Assembly: GCF_009914755.1 (NCBI RefSeq)
Contig: NC_060929.1
DNA: 64,000 nt
Reading direction: 5' to 3' (one strand)
DNA from: the human T2T-CHM13v2.0 reference genome, Homo sapiens
The notes under the pieces are model-generated. The model was not told the DNA's origin and ran no database searches. It was given only the letters and a program-made list of their open reading frames with translations. Below are positions 39,028 to 59,420 of this stretch, piece by piece. The number at the start of each line of letters is the position of its first letter. Positions within the stretch are counted from its first letter, which is position 1. Made by a program: the position numbers and the translations under genes.

Positions 39028-39127
39028 GGCTAGCCCAAGTGCAGTGGTGTCTACAACAAATTGATCACAACCAGTGGCAGATTTCTTTGTTCCTTCTCTA
39101 CTTCCATTGCTTCACTTGACTAGCCTT
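39028..39127 (+). pseudogene. RNY3: Y3 RNA retropseudogene
   Basis: ggctagcccaagtgcagtggtgtctacaacaaattgatcacaaccag...gcttcacttgactagcctt matches hY3 end to end. A-tail and TSD aa(g/a)agtcatt(c/t)g. Confidence 0.95.
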
Positions 39128-40789
39128 AAGAAAAAAAGTCATTTGTGTGATGTTCTTGCCCTTGAGAAGTTTACAATCTAGTTAGGAAGTCCACAATCAA
39201 CACATTAAACTATTAACATGTAACATAGGACTTTAAATCTTAAATTAGGTAGCTCATAGGACTAGCCAGGTGAAAGGAGATAAAATTATCATAGGAAATG
39301 CTCGCTTTCCATGCCCAGCTAATTTTCTGTATTTTTAGTAGAGACAGGGTTTTACCATGACGGCCAAGCTGGTTTTGAACTCCTAACCTCAAGTGATCCT
39401 CCTGCCTCGGCCTCCCAAAGTGCTAGGATTACAGTCATGAGCCACCACGCCCAGCCGTGTATTTATTTTTTTTTAAAGGAAAGAAGAACAGAAGTCGAAG
39501 GAAACAGAAGAACAAGTCAGAGGAGCCAATTTGGGAGATTTTAAGCTTTTCTTTTCTTTTGTTTTCTTTTTGAGACAAGGTCTCACTCTTTTGCCCAGGC
39601 TGGAGTGCCTGCATTTTAAAATTATCTGAATTGGAATTTTTTAATTTATCAGACTTATGAAATATATTATTGTGAACTAGAAAGTATTAGTGAAAGTTGG
39701 GCATGGCAGCTCACGCCTACAATCCCAGCCCTTTGGGAAGCCATGGCAGGAGGATAGCTTGAGGCCAGGAGTTTGAGACCAGCCTGGGCAACATAGCAAG
39801 ACTCCTGTCTCTACAAAAAAAAAAAAAGTATGAGAGAAATTTCAACCAATTATGGGATATTTATGCTCGAAATACCCTGAGTCACTGAAATGTGTCCAAA
39901 GGTACGTGCTATATAAATATCATGAGGGCCAATAGGTCATTCTTGTGTACAGAAGGAGAATTTGTTTGTCAAACAAGAAGAGCAGGGCATTTGCCATTGA
40001 TCAATCTGGAACTATCTACCATTCCCATACACTACATGAGTAAGAAACTGATCAACTGATGACTCTTATTTTCAATGGGAGTATTTTGATAGGCCCAGAG
40101 ATATGTATTAAAACCCAAGCTTGTTAGTCAGTGTATCTCCCCATTTTGGGTCAGAGAGAAGGCCCTAGGGTTGTGAGAATGGGCAAGGCATATGCTACAC
40201 TCTGGTGTCTAATATGATTATTGCAACCCAATAAACATGTTACTGTTTTAAAAGCTTGGTTTCAAGAGTACAAATTTGATATAAGTTGGGAATGGAAAGA
40301 CATCAGAATGTGCAGAAAGGTGTTGAGTTATCTCTGCCTGTGTACCGACAACAGTGGGGCTCTCTGTCATAGGAAGGAAGGCTTTATGTGGTGTGACTCG
40401 GGGGTTTGCTCTCAAAACTTGATTAGAATTCAGGTAGGTCAGACAGAAGGATTTGAAGGACAGCAACAATATAAGGAAAGGCAGAGAGGTGAGAATGAGC
40501 TAGGTATTACACACAGGACAGTCAAGAGACCATACAGTGAAGACTTGACAGGCAAGAACAACTTGAGCAATACAAAGTAATGTTGGACAGATGGGATAAG
40601 GGCAGATCAACTTCCCATAATTCTACTGATGGAAAAAAACAGAGCATCAGAATTTCAAAGTACTAGCAATGTGATTTCTCTGTAAGTAATATAACTCATT
40701 TTAAAATATTAATGTAGCCACTCTGTAGGATGATGGTTAGTTAGAAATTGCTATCATATTCAAGCAGAGCTTGAAGAGGACTGGATCTC

Positions 40790-41180
40790 TGCTATGGTTT
40801 TAAAATGTGTCGTCTCCAAAACTCATGTTGAAACTTAATCCCCAGTGTGGCAGTGTTGAGAGGCCTTTAAGAGGTGATTGTGTCCTGAGGGCTCTGCTCT
40901 CATGAATGGATTAATGGGTTATCCAGGGTGTGGGACAGGTGGCTTTATAAGAAGAGGAAAAGAGACCTGAGTTAGCACACTCAAACTCCTCACCATGCGA
41001 TGCTCTGTGCCTCCTTGGGACTCTGCAGAGAGTCCCTACCAATAAGAAGGCTCTCACCAGATGTGGCCCCTCAACTTTGGACTGCTTAGCTTCCGTAACT
41101 GTAAGAAACAAATTCTTTTTCTTTATAAATTACTCAGTTTCAGATATTCTCTTGTAAACAACAGAAAATGGACTTATACA
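40790..41180 (+). mobile_element. MST-type (MSTC/D) MaLR solo LTR
   Basis: TG...CA ends; 5-bp TSD atctc/gtctc; 'gggactctgcagagagtccc' motif. Confidence 0.88.
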
Positions 41181-42299
41181 GTCTCCTAAGATTTCAGATC
41201 TGGGAACTGATTTTGAGTTCCTGTACATGTTACAGTAGATGGAGGAAGAGAGGAAATTCAGAAGTGCATTCTCAGCTAAACTGAGGGTATAGATAGATTT
41301 ACTAATGAGACAAAGTAAATTTGTAGCTATGGAAACAATAGTGTCATTCAAGATTGCTTCCTTTCTCAAAGTGGGAGGCAACAGGACAATGATTTTCTCT
41401 TCCTGTATAGGAGCTGCTTCCTACCAGGAGTGTGGGAAATGAGAGAAGCATCACCATTTATTATGTGCCCAATCATTATAGGCACTGTTTAAAGGAAGGA
41501 TCATAGGGATACAGAAATAATAATGGGTGAGGATAGGAATTTCCAAGGTCTTAGCAGGAACTGTCCTGTTGGTGCTACATTTCTGTGGACTTTTCCCCCC
41601 CTCAACCTTTACCCTCTGTTCTTCCAATTCTAAACAAGAAAAAGTGATACTGAAACTCACCAACCTTTAACAACTACTGCATAAATGTCTTTTAAATACT
41701 TGGTTTTGGAGTAGCAATTACTGGAGCACTTATCTGAAAAATGCCTGCTGAGCCTAATCTCTAGATATCAGAGAATTAAATAAAATGCTTGAAAACTGAA
41801 TAGTAATTTAGCAACATCAGTTATTGAAGTGATGTAGAAGTGTTTTTTTCACATTAAGGTACCAATATGATACCACAATCCCATCATGACAGTGGACTTG
41901 ACCCTTTGAGTTAGCAGAACAAAGGACTTTATGTAACTATTTTAGGCAGTAAAAATTTCCAACTCAGCACCATTTTTTTCCTATAAACCTGTCCTGCATA
42001 CATCACATTGATGTGAGAGTCAGATGAGATAATTATCTGAAGGTGCTTTGTAAACTGAAGAGCTATATAATGGTCAAGGAATCATTATTCCTATCATTCA
42101 GTGAGTCATAAAAGAACATGTTGGAAGGTCATTTGTAGGACAATATTCTTAAATTCTAGAAAACTGCAGTTATCTTCGAGAACTAAAGATATTGAACAAA
42201 ATTTTTGGAATATTTATTACACGTTTGGTAGGCTGGTAAGATGAACTGCTAACAAGAATTAAATACATTAAACAGTATGAGTTCATTACTTTCCTTTTT

Positions 42300-42850
42300 A
42301 AAGCTTTAAAATACTGTGTTCCACATATATACAGGTATATTTAAAAGGATATTCACGGCAGCATTGGTATGACAAAACAACACAAAGAAACAAATAAAAC
42401 CAATCTGGAAACAACTCAAATGTCCATCATTATGGATTTATTATATATATATATATATATATGTATGTGTATATATATATATATGTATGTATATATATAT
42501 ATATATGTATGTATGTATATATATACATGAATACTATGTGACTAATGAAAAGAGTGAAGTAGAATTTATAAGTACTTACATGGAAAGAGAGCCAAGAGAT
42601 ACAAGATGATAAACACGATGTGCAAAACAATATTTAATGTATGATGAGTATGTTTCTAAGAGCTATATAATGGTCAAGAAATTTAAAAAGTCTATTTAGG
42701 AATATGTGCTAATAATAAGGAAAACATTATTGACGAATATCTGCTATTTCTCTATTAACAACGGCTCGCCACATCACAAAAGTTTAACTTTCTACAATAT
42801 TTCTGTAATGTTTTAACTTTTTATAATGAGCTTACGTTACTTTCATGAGC
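42300..42850 (+). mobile_element. Old L1M 3' fragment containing a (TA/TG)n microsatellite at 42443-42526
   Basis: 'atattcacggcagcattg...ctggaaacaactcaaatgtccatca...gaatactatg' motifs. Confidence 0.65.
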
Positions 42851-43492
42851 ATAAAAAGTCAAGATTACAAACGATGAAAGACCCATGCTTCAAACAAAAC
42901 CTAAACACATTGAAGAGCAAATATGATTGACTTGCAAAACTCTGGAAAGAAATATTGAAGATTTGAATTGTTAAGGCCAAATAAAGTTTAGTTCGACTTG
43001 CTGAGGTTGATGTGGAATTGTAAGATTTGAAAAAATGCCTCCAAATATTGATCCCATTGCTCTGAAGCACCAGGCAATAAGTTCAAAATACTGTTCAGAG
43101 TCTCCATGGGGCTGAAACAACTCTTCCTGCTAACATAAGCTGAAACAAAGATGAGTTTTATACCTTTGTAAGATGTTTAGCTTTCGTTCATGACCAACAA
43201 GTCAAAGGTCCACATGTTTGTTGATGTACTCTAAGCCCCAGAGAGAAATCAACTAAAATGGCTAGAATGTAGGTTGAACAAGGTCAACTTGGACTTGCAC
43301 GAAAGGTAGTACTGGTAATGACCAAGGCTAGCTTTGTTATTTCCTGTCAGAAGCAAAGCATGAAGAGTGTGGATTGTCTGCAAAGGGAGATATTAAAAGA
43401 TTCAGCCATTTCAAAGACAAATGATTGCCTTCCCTTGTTTTCCTGTGTTCGTCCATTTACATACTTGATAAAAATGCCTGATTGATGACTGA

Positions 43493-43528
<36 letters not shown>

Positions 43529-43541
43529 GGAGAAAGAGAGA
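43493..43541. repeat. (TA)n(GA)n microsatellite
   Basis: Read directly from the sequence. Confidence 0.95.
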
Positions 43542-43668
43542 GGAACTATGAGTTTATTAAAATTGTAATGCTATAGACTGTCTAGCAACATGCAAAACGA
43601 ATCTGATGCAGAAACATAAAATAATGAAATTTTATTTTGTTAGGATGGTGAGATTACGGGTGACTTTA

Positions 43669-44639
<971 letters not shown>

Positions 44640-44848
44640 TTAAAATAGAGCAAACCACACATTTAAAAACAACACAAACTTTTTTTAGACAAGATGACTC
44701 CATGAAAATAATAGCTTCTTTTTACATCTCAAAGTACATGAAGAAAAAAATTCTCCAATACTTAATTTGCAAAACCAGTTTGCTTCTAGATTAATTCTTA
44801 GAAATCTTTACAATTAGTTGTAAACGTAGCATAAGAAAAAAAATTGTA

Positions 44849-47812
<2,964 letters not shown>

Positions 47813-48049
47813 TGTTTCTCATTCTTTATTCACAAAATAAAATGTATTGTAATCCTATAATCATTTTATCAAAGAACTAACAACTTAGAAGTCCTGAAAA
47901 AGTACAAATTGACTTAGTATCAAAGTCAAGTATTATACATAATTTTATTAAATAAAATAGTCATTAAATTCTACATACTTGCAGTCCCATCAAAAACATT
48001 GGCCAAAAATTAAAAAGGCACTTCTTAACTTGTAGATGGTGGCACAGGG

Positions 48050-48300
48050 AAATAAAGGCACAAACTGGAGCCAGACTGCCTAGGCTCGATCTCAGGCTCT
48101 GCTTCTTACTTGCTGTGTAGTCTTGGACAAGTTATTTAACATCATTGTCCTTCAGTTTCCTTATCTGTTAAATGAGAATGACGATAATAGCAGTATGGGC
48201 TTCATAGGGTTGTTAAGATTAAATGAGTTAATAAAAGTAAAATAGTCAGAATAGTGGTGGCCAGTAAGTGCTACGTAAGTGTTGGATGTAGTTATTATTG
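48050..48300 (+). mobile_element. MIR SINE; further MIR remnants at ~15.6, 31.3-31.8, 33.1, 37.5-37.9, 42.0, 49.1, 50.4, 58.5 and 60.6 kb
   Basis: MIR core 'ctggagccagactgcctagg...cttggacaagttatttaac...cagtttccttatctgttaaatgagaat'. Confidence 0.85.
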
Positions 48301-49571
48301 TGTATTTCTTTTAAATACTCTAAATTACAGGAAAAAGGGTAGTCTCCTAGTTCAATTATAGCTGACAGTTGGTTCAAAATAAATCTGCTGTTCTATCTAA
48401 GGAACTGAGTTTTCCTTGAGAAGTGTCCCAGGAAGAAATCCCCAGGGCTGTCTCCTTGGTCTTTGGCCAGTGATTGCAAATATGCTGAGTTGAATCCATC
48501 TTGCAGGAAGCGTGGTAGATGAGTCGGCTGGGACGGAACCCACCTCTGCTGGCTGCACAAATGCACAAGTTTTGTTTTATAAAGTCATTCGGTACTGGAA
48601 GGCAAATTCTCCTACACAAGATGTAAACTTGAAGTCACTTAAACTGTTGTGTCATTTTTTTCCAGAAAGATGAAAGGTAACAAAACCATTCTGAAGTCAG
48701 TTAGCAATGCACACGCTTATAGACATGAAATACTGCCATAAAGAAACAAAATTCCGTTTTAGAATTCTGAAGAACGTACCTATCAGGTAACAAAAGCAAG
48801 ATGTCTGGCAGAATTCCCTGGGAGACTCCTTACCTTCATGTCCAGCTGCCCAGTCACTATCTGGAGGCATTTATAACAGAGGAGTCAGTGGCACAGTCAG
48901 ATTCCCTTGGAATGCTCTAGAGTTGCGCTAATTTACATGTACACAATTTAATTTATACCACCATTTCCATAAACATGATGGACCGGTTCTGATTCACCTA
49001 TAGCCAGCTGTGGATATAGCACACTGGCAGTTTTTCTCCTGCCTCTTGAAACCTATTTTCAGAATGAGACTAATAGCTAAGGTTAATTTAGAACTTACTA
49101 TGTGATACCCACTGTACTAAGAACTTTTCATATACTGCCTCATTTAATCATTTAATCTTCTATCCTGTGAGGTAAGTACTATTATTATGCACATGTTACA
49201 GAGGAGGAAACGGAGGCACGAACTTGTGCCAAGGCCATATAATTTTTACAGGAGGATCTAGGGTTCATATTCAAGTCTGTCTAACTCCAAAGCCCATACT
49301 TTTGCCTTATACTGCAATCTTCTCCAGTCCCTGAAGGAAAGCAATGTTTCTGTTAAGAGGAAGGGGAAAGGTGTAAATGGGTTTTAAAGTGAACACAATG
49401 AATCTTAGGCAAACTTTTTTTAAAAAGCACATTTGTTTTTGGTGCCTGCCCACCTCCATTTCTCCATTTCGGTGTGTCTTTCTCCTACATTGTTACATTT
49501 CTTCTGTGGTTTGAGTACAAATTTAATAAAGCCATTGATTCTGTTACAATATTTACTATTTACAAAACAAA

Positions 49572-49870
49572 AGCTGTGCACAGTGGCTAATCCCAGCATT
49601 TCGGGAGGCCTAGACGGGCGGATTGCTTGAGCCCAGGAGTTTGAGACCAACCTGGGCAACATGGCAAAACCCTATCTCTATAAAAAATACAAAAAAAATT
49701 AGCTGGGCGTGCTGGCACATGCCTGGTGGTCCCGGCCACTCAGGAGGCTGAGGTGGGAAGATCTCCTGAGCCCAGGAAATTGAGACTGCAGTGAGCCAAA
49801 ATCGTGCCATTGCACTCCCGCCCGGACAACAGAGTGAGACCCTGTCTCAAATAAATAAATAAATAAATAG
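49572..49870 (+). mobile_element. AluJ
   Basis: Dimeric Alu with (AAAT)n tail. Confidence 0.92.
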
Positions 49871-50627
49871 ATAATCAAATCTGATTATCTAATCTTTGTC
49901 ACAGTTTTCTATCCTCTAATTTCTTAAGATATGCCAGCTTCATTTCCTTTCACTGGCCCTGTTGCCTGTGACAGACACTGGTGCTGCTTAGCAGAGAGAG
50001 GAAGCCATTCCACTGTCCCATATGGGCCCTAACACCAGTCCCTTCTTTGCTCTTTCACTCCTCAGTGAAGACCTTCTTGGATCATTTCCAAATCTCTTGG
50101 TCCTTATTACTAAAATGTCGATGTGAATGGATTGTCCATCAGAAATCTGGCCTCTGAGAGCATTCCTCAAGTTATGCTGACAGTCAACATAGCCATGAAT
50201 TCATATTTGCACACAGCTTCTTAGGAAAAGAATTCTCAGGCAAAATAACTGCAGTGTGTTCTGGTTTGTAAACCAAACATGTTTGATTTGTCATATACCA
50301 TTCAAATTTTAAAACCTTTAAGTTTTAGTGAGTTGAGTGCTCTTATTTTACAGATGAGGAAATGAAAATCCTGAGAAGCTAAGAAATATCCTAAAATCAC
50401 ACAACTTATTAATGCTTGTACGGAATTAGGAACTAGATCTTCTTATCATATCTCTTCTAGTGAACAAACAATAAGGCCAAAGTTAGTATGATGTGACAGT
50501 GGAGCACTTTGCTAGGAATGAAGACAGCCAGGTTTAATGCCCAATTTTGCTACTAAATGTGACATTAGATTAAACTTTTACTCTCTCTGGACCAATTTCT
50601 TCAACTATAACCTGATGGATTTGATCT

Positions 50628-51205
50628 AGAAGTGCCCAGTAAGATAGTCACTAGCCACACATGTAACTATGGAGCACTTACAGTGAAACTAGTCAAAATT
50701 AACATGTTCTGTAAGTGTAAAATACCCACTGGATTTCAAAGACTTAGTACCACACCAAGAATGTAAAATATCTCACTACAAAACAATTTTTATATTAATT
50801 GCATGTTGAAATGATAATGTTTGGATATTTTGGATTAAATAAAACATATTACTAAAATAATTTTTACCAGTTTTTTTTCTTTTTTAATGTGGCTACAAGC
50901 AAATTTAAAATTAACTGGATGGCTTGTATTATCTTTCTACTGGATATGTTACTGTAGGAGACTTCTCAGGTTTCTTTTAGATCAGAGGTCAGCAAACTTT
51001 TTCAGGAAAGGGCTGGAGAGTAAATATTTTTGCCTTTTGTGGGCCACACGGTCTCTGTTGCAACTGTTCGTCTCTGGCCTTGTAGCACTAAAGCAACCAC
51101 AGAATACATAAACAAATGTGTGTAGCTGTATTTCAATAAAACTCTAGATACCAAAACAAGCGATGGGCCAGATGTGGTCTACAAGCTAACTGTAGTTTGC
51201 CATGT
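50628..51205. mobile_element. MER33-like (~50628-50954) and MER58A-like (~50983-51205) hAT MITEs
   Basis: 'cactagccacacatgt...atgtggctac..aaatttaaaatta' and 'cagaggtcagcaaacttttt...gggccacacggtctctgttgcaact'. Confidence 0.75.
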
Positions 51206-53322
51206 ACGTTCCTTGGGTCTATTCACATTTTCCTCCATTCAACGTTTACTGAAAAGCTGTTATCTATTTAAAGACATTTAGAATAAAGAGCCAGCCTCTG
51301 CCTTGAGCCTAGGGAGGAGCCAGGAACATAAACACACAAGCCAGCAGGATACAATGTGAACAACACTGTGATCAAGGAGATTGGAGAAGGCTTCTTAGGG
51401 GAGTAACAGCTGAGTTAGGATTCTGCAGAATGAATATGCAGTTTTCCAGATTCAGGAAAGGTTTTATCTAGGGAAACATAATAGCACACATAAGGTGACG
51501 TGTGTTTATGGCAGCCGGGGAGTACTGTGGTGGTGATAGTGGGAAGTGAGATGGCAAAGAGGAAAAGGGCCAGATGATGATTAAATGACTTACCTGCCGC
51601 AGTGAGAGCATACACACATGCTCTGATAGCACTTCTTAGACGGGAATTCTGAGGGTCAAAGCATGCCATCCTGGGGTTGGCCCATGGCAGCACCAGCCAT
51701 GAAGAGCAGCCAGCCTGGCAGGTGTGGAGAGGCCCCAGAGAACCACAGAAGCAGCCGCAGAAGTGATGAGTGAGCAATCTCCAGGTAACTAGATCTGTTT
51801 TGCAACAGGGGCTGAAAACCTAACCTAATGCTGGCCACCAATAGGGCTAAACAGTGTTAGCAGGTACTGTCAGCAGGCCTCAGGCAGAAGCAGACAAGAA
51901 GGGTAAGAAGTAAAGGAGAGGCAGGAAAGGAGTTGAAAGAATAAGAGAATGAGGTGAAAGCTGAAGTCCCCACAGAGGTAACAAAGTACTGATTGATTTC
52001 CTGAGGACACCCTCAGTGGTGCTGGGTGGGAGGCTGCTGGGGGCCTGTAGGCTAAGTTCGGGGATTGTTGGCCTAAACTGTGCATTGGAATCTTTTATGT
52101 AATTGGAATTTTTAAAAAATCATAATGTGGAGTATAATGGCATATCTTTAAAATTATAAATATATGTGAGGCATATGTGAACGAATGAAAGACAAAAGAG
52201 AGAAAGAAGGTGTACAGGAAGGGAAAAAGAAAGAAGAAAATGAAAACATGATTGATTGCAAAATAAGTAAATAAATGAATAAGTACTCATGCCTGGGTCC
52301 CACCCCTGGAAATTCTGGTTTAACTGGAATCAGGGCCCAGACATGAGTAATTTTAAAAGATGATTCCAGTGCACAGCCAGGGTTAAGCACCACTGATTTG
52401 GTTTAATAGAAGCTGAAGTGATGTCCCATATCTACTTGGCTGGTAAGTAGGTACTCAGTAGAGGTTTTTTCAAGGTGAGAGGAAAAAAAAAAAGGAAGGT
52501 ACACAAAAAAAGGCAGGAAAGCAACAGAAATAGAGAACCTAAACCCATTCTCATATGCTTGAAAGCAATTTAAACTACAGTTATAGTAGGTTAGTGTTGT
52601 TATCTGTTGTATGTGAAATGGACAACATGAAATACAAGAATTTTCTGCATTAACTTGACATGACTAAAATCAGACAGCTTCACCAGAGTTTTTTGGTCTC
52701 AGACAATCTAGAGTACTCTCTTTCTCTGGAATTATCAACTCTTAGGTACATGTCTTCTGATGCCCAAAATTGCCAGTCAATTCAGAAAGTAGAATGTTGC
52801 TAAGTTGATAAATTGAAGCAGCTGCAGACAACCAGCAAAACCTAAGCTCTGGTTTAGTTTATTTATTTATGTATTATTTATTTATTTATTTTCTGGCAGA
52901 AGATCCAACACAAAGATACTTAATAAGAGCATTTAAGTTCAAGAGCAATTAAAAATAGTAAGTTACCTTTTTATACTAGGAGGATTATAAATGGACATTT
53001 CTCTGCTTTTGAAATCAAGAATAGAAAATACACAACTATCTCAAAAGACTCAGCCTATCTGATCATCTTATTTTGTACTGCAATTCCAACTTCCTATCTG
53101 CCTTTTCTCATTTTTTTTCTCTATAGCACTTCATCTTTTTGCATACTGCATACTTGTTAGTTATTTTGTTATGTCTTCTCCATCTTCACTAGAATGTAAG
53201 CTCCATGAGATCAAGATTCTTATCTGTTGTACTCAGGTATACGCTTAGTGCCTATCACAAGTGGGGACTCAATAAATGTTTGTTGAAAAATTGAACAAAT
53301 TGTTTTAAAACTGTCATTAGTT

Positions 53323-53634
<312 letters not shown>

Positions 53635-53975
53635 TTAACGTGTTACAGAAATATTTTAGAACAAGAGGGTAATGTCTAATATCACTTCAAGATTGTGTCA
53701 CACTAAGAAGCAAGTTTTTTTAAAAGGTGTTATAATGTTATTAAAGTTGTTTGAAATGAGTCAATAATATATACACAGCAAGTGTAGGTATACATTCAAT
53801 TACTAGTGTGGAAGGAATCAGATGAAGTTAGTCAACAGTTGTAGAATTGCCTTTTGACTGAAAAAGGATCATCCTAGGATTTTTATTCAAGTCTAGATCA
53901 TGCTAAAACATTGTCTCCTCTGTCCCTGTTCTTGCTGCCATACACTCTTGCTATAAGATCAAAGAGATGAGGTCA

Positions 53976-55632
<1,657 letters not shown>

Positions 55633-57684
55633 AAAAGCAGAGTGAAAACTACCAACAAGAGTTTATTTATGATAAATTGGTCCAAAGTCCCATAGTCCTG
55701 GAGCCAGGACCCTTGTAGACTTTTGATTTGAAGAGATTTATGGCAAATTTAATCTGTGTAGGCCTGAGTAACCCTGGGCTAGTTGAAATAGAGGATTATT
55801 GAGGAGAGTATTTGATTATAGTTAAGTCTAATGAGAAAAGTTCTTGACTGTAGAAGGGTGTTAGATTTTCTTGATACTGTCATACATTGTGACCATTTTC
55901 TAATAAAAAATACGTGAGCACCATCATTATGAATTTCACATAATGCATTTATGCATTTCAGTAACTTATGGAGTTGTAAGTGAAAGGGTATATTTTTGGT
56001 GGGAGCTAGTCCCGTAAGAAGCCTTGACATTTGGGCCTATGGCTGAGTCATTACTTCTCACCTGTTGGCAGCTAACTGAATTTTGGGCATACTACCAAAT
56101 GGTAATTTAGTCTTGGGGTACTTATCTATCATTGCAAACCAGTGAAGTGGTGGCACCAGTACTGAAACATTGATTTCAATTCTATATCATAGTTAGTTGA
56201 GGGAGACAAACAGACTTGGGGGCTGAGGGAAGAGAAGGGAGAAAAAATGGAGAGGTAGAGGAGAAAAAGATGAACAAAGGAATAAAGACAGACATATCAA
56301 GAGACAGTGAAAATAATATGCCACGTTGACTTGTGCACAGACATATAGACCTGCACCTGTGCACACAGTGATCCTAGAAACGCAGATTCACACAGAAAGA
56401 TAGACTTTAATGGAGTTTAGGGTTTGTTATTAAAGGCTTCTAAAGTCATTTCTTTTTCTCCCTAACTACAAGATATAAATGGGAATAACAACATCTGGTA
56501 CTTGCAAAGTGAGCCAAGACAATTAAATTAAAAGTAGAAGGTTAACCATCCTGCCTTGGAATGTGCTCTTTAGGCATTGAAAAACATTTCAAATTTTAGA
56601 TTTTTCTTAAGGCAAAGTCTTTCAAATTACTTTTCAAGATTACACCTACTTAGAAGATGTAACAATGTGTTCAGATATCATGACGTCCTTGCATGAATCA
56701 AGGAAGGTATGATTTAAATAATGTTTTTAAAGCCATATATGAGACATATAGGAAGCAAGGAGAATAAATTAAGGGAATTCTGAATAATATAGAGAAAATT
56801 CAAACTAAAATTGTGCCAAAGTCCCTCCATGCCTGCCCACACCTCCTTTTGTGGAATCTGCCCTGCCCACCTTTGCTGACCAAGTGGCCATGTTTTATGC
56901 CACATGACCCTGCCTCTCCACTTCCACCCTGGGTGATGATGTCAAAAGATAGCGTCTGGCCTACGTACTGCCAGTTCAGTGACTTGATTGTGGTGGATAG
57001 AATGTAAACTCCATGAGGGCAGACATGTTTATCTGTCTTTTTCACTGTCTTTACCCCAGCATCGAGATGAGTCCTTGGCACATATTAGGTGTTCCGTAAA
57101 TATTTGATAAATGAATGAATGACTGTGGCTTGGCCCAAATAGATGAACTGGGTCAATTAGAGTTCTCCCTTATGGATCTGAAATTTGAGAAAAAGGGAGG
57201 ACATAGTGAGGCAGAGTGAAAGGACGTCAGGGACTTGAATGATAGCCAAAATTCACAGGCAAGTTACCAGGAAATTGAAAACAGATGGAGCTCAGCGAAA
57301 AACACTAGAGCACGTGCATAGAAAGATGCCACAACATGACAAGAGATGAAAAAGCTGCTCTGTACCAGCCCCATTTCCCATGAGGCTTCCTGTGCTTGGA
57401 TCACCACAGGATCACTGCAGTGTCTTAAAAATACCCACAGCCGCAGCCCTTCCTTCCCTTGAGTTAGCTTAAGTGATTATCTGTTCCTTTTAATTACAAA
57501 AGTCCTGACTTCAGCAATAATGTATTTGATACAGTAATGATGCCCCAAGATAAGGTTATTATAACTACTTATACGAATATCAAAAGAAAGATGCTAAACT
57601 GGTATACATAAATGATTAAATCCTGTGAAAATAGAAAAATAAGATAGATAAAATGAAACCAGCCCAGGGGTTAAGAATACTAAA

Positions 57685-58400
57685 AAATATTTACTCATGC
57701 AACAAAGAGATATTGTTAAGTGTTTGTTAAGTGTTTACTAGGTGCGGGCATTGTGCTGGAGCTGGAGATGGCAACATAAAAAGACATGATCAACCCTCTT
57801 TAGGTATCAAAGGTCTAACATGGACACAGCAAGTACAATGAAGAACCATAGAGAAGATGCAAACAGAGTGGGAAAGGAGCATGTGAAAAGGGGACATTTT
57901 GAACTGAGATGTGAGGAGTAAGTAGGATTTTGCCAGCAATGAATGAAAAGATTCTGCAGAAAAATTGTACTAGAGATGCTGAGTGGGAGGAGGACAGTCT
58001 AGGCGGGAGGAGCAAGTGTGCAAATGCAGAAAGGCAGGAAAAAAACAATCTTGGAATTATGAGTCTGTGAAGGGCAAAAAAGAGCCCGCAGAAAATGAAG
58101 CTTGCTGAACAGGTAGGCAGGGCCAAATGGTGAAAAATTTGAGATTTTATTCTGTAGGTGACTGGGAGCCATAATGAATACCAAGCACTGGGGAGGCATG
58201 GTTACATTTGCCCATGAGAAATTTCACCCTGATGTGAGGGTAGTTTGATTCGAGCCTAGCAATAGCTGGGGGAAGGGAGTGAGGGGGTGATGTGGTGGTG
58301 AATGACAATGGTTCCTATAGAATCTACGGCAGCAGAGGTGGGTTACAGAGAAGAGCTGGATATGAGAGTTTTGGAGTAAAATCATCGAGACTTAATAATT
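57685..58400 (-). mobile_element. L2 remnant
   Basis: 'gtgtttactaggtgcgggcattgtgctgg...attttattctgtaggtgactgggagcc' reverse L2 3' text. Confidence 0.65.
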
Positions 58401-58677
58401 GATAAAGTCAAGATTGATAGGTTTGTATAGACAAAAAGGAACAAAGATATGAAAAACCGTCATTAACATTTGGAAATTACTGTTCCTAAAGAAAAGTTAC
58501 ACACTTTCACTTAATCATCACTGTGGGAGAGGAAGAGCTGCTGCTATTATCAAAAGCTCCCATTTTATAGAAAAGAACGTGTCTTAGAGAGCTGAATTGG
58601 CTTGCCCAAGCTCACTCCTACTTAAGAGGCAGAGCCAGAGTTAAAGTTTAGTTTCTCTAACTTGAAGCCCACTCTTT

Positions 58678-59420
<743 letters not shown>

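Noticed and set aside
39309-39319. tgctcgctt resembling the U6 snRNA 5' end next to an Alu fragment
   Set aside because: Too short; no further U6 sequence.
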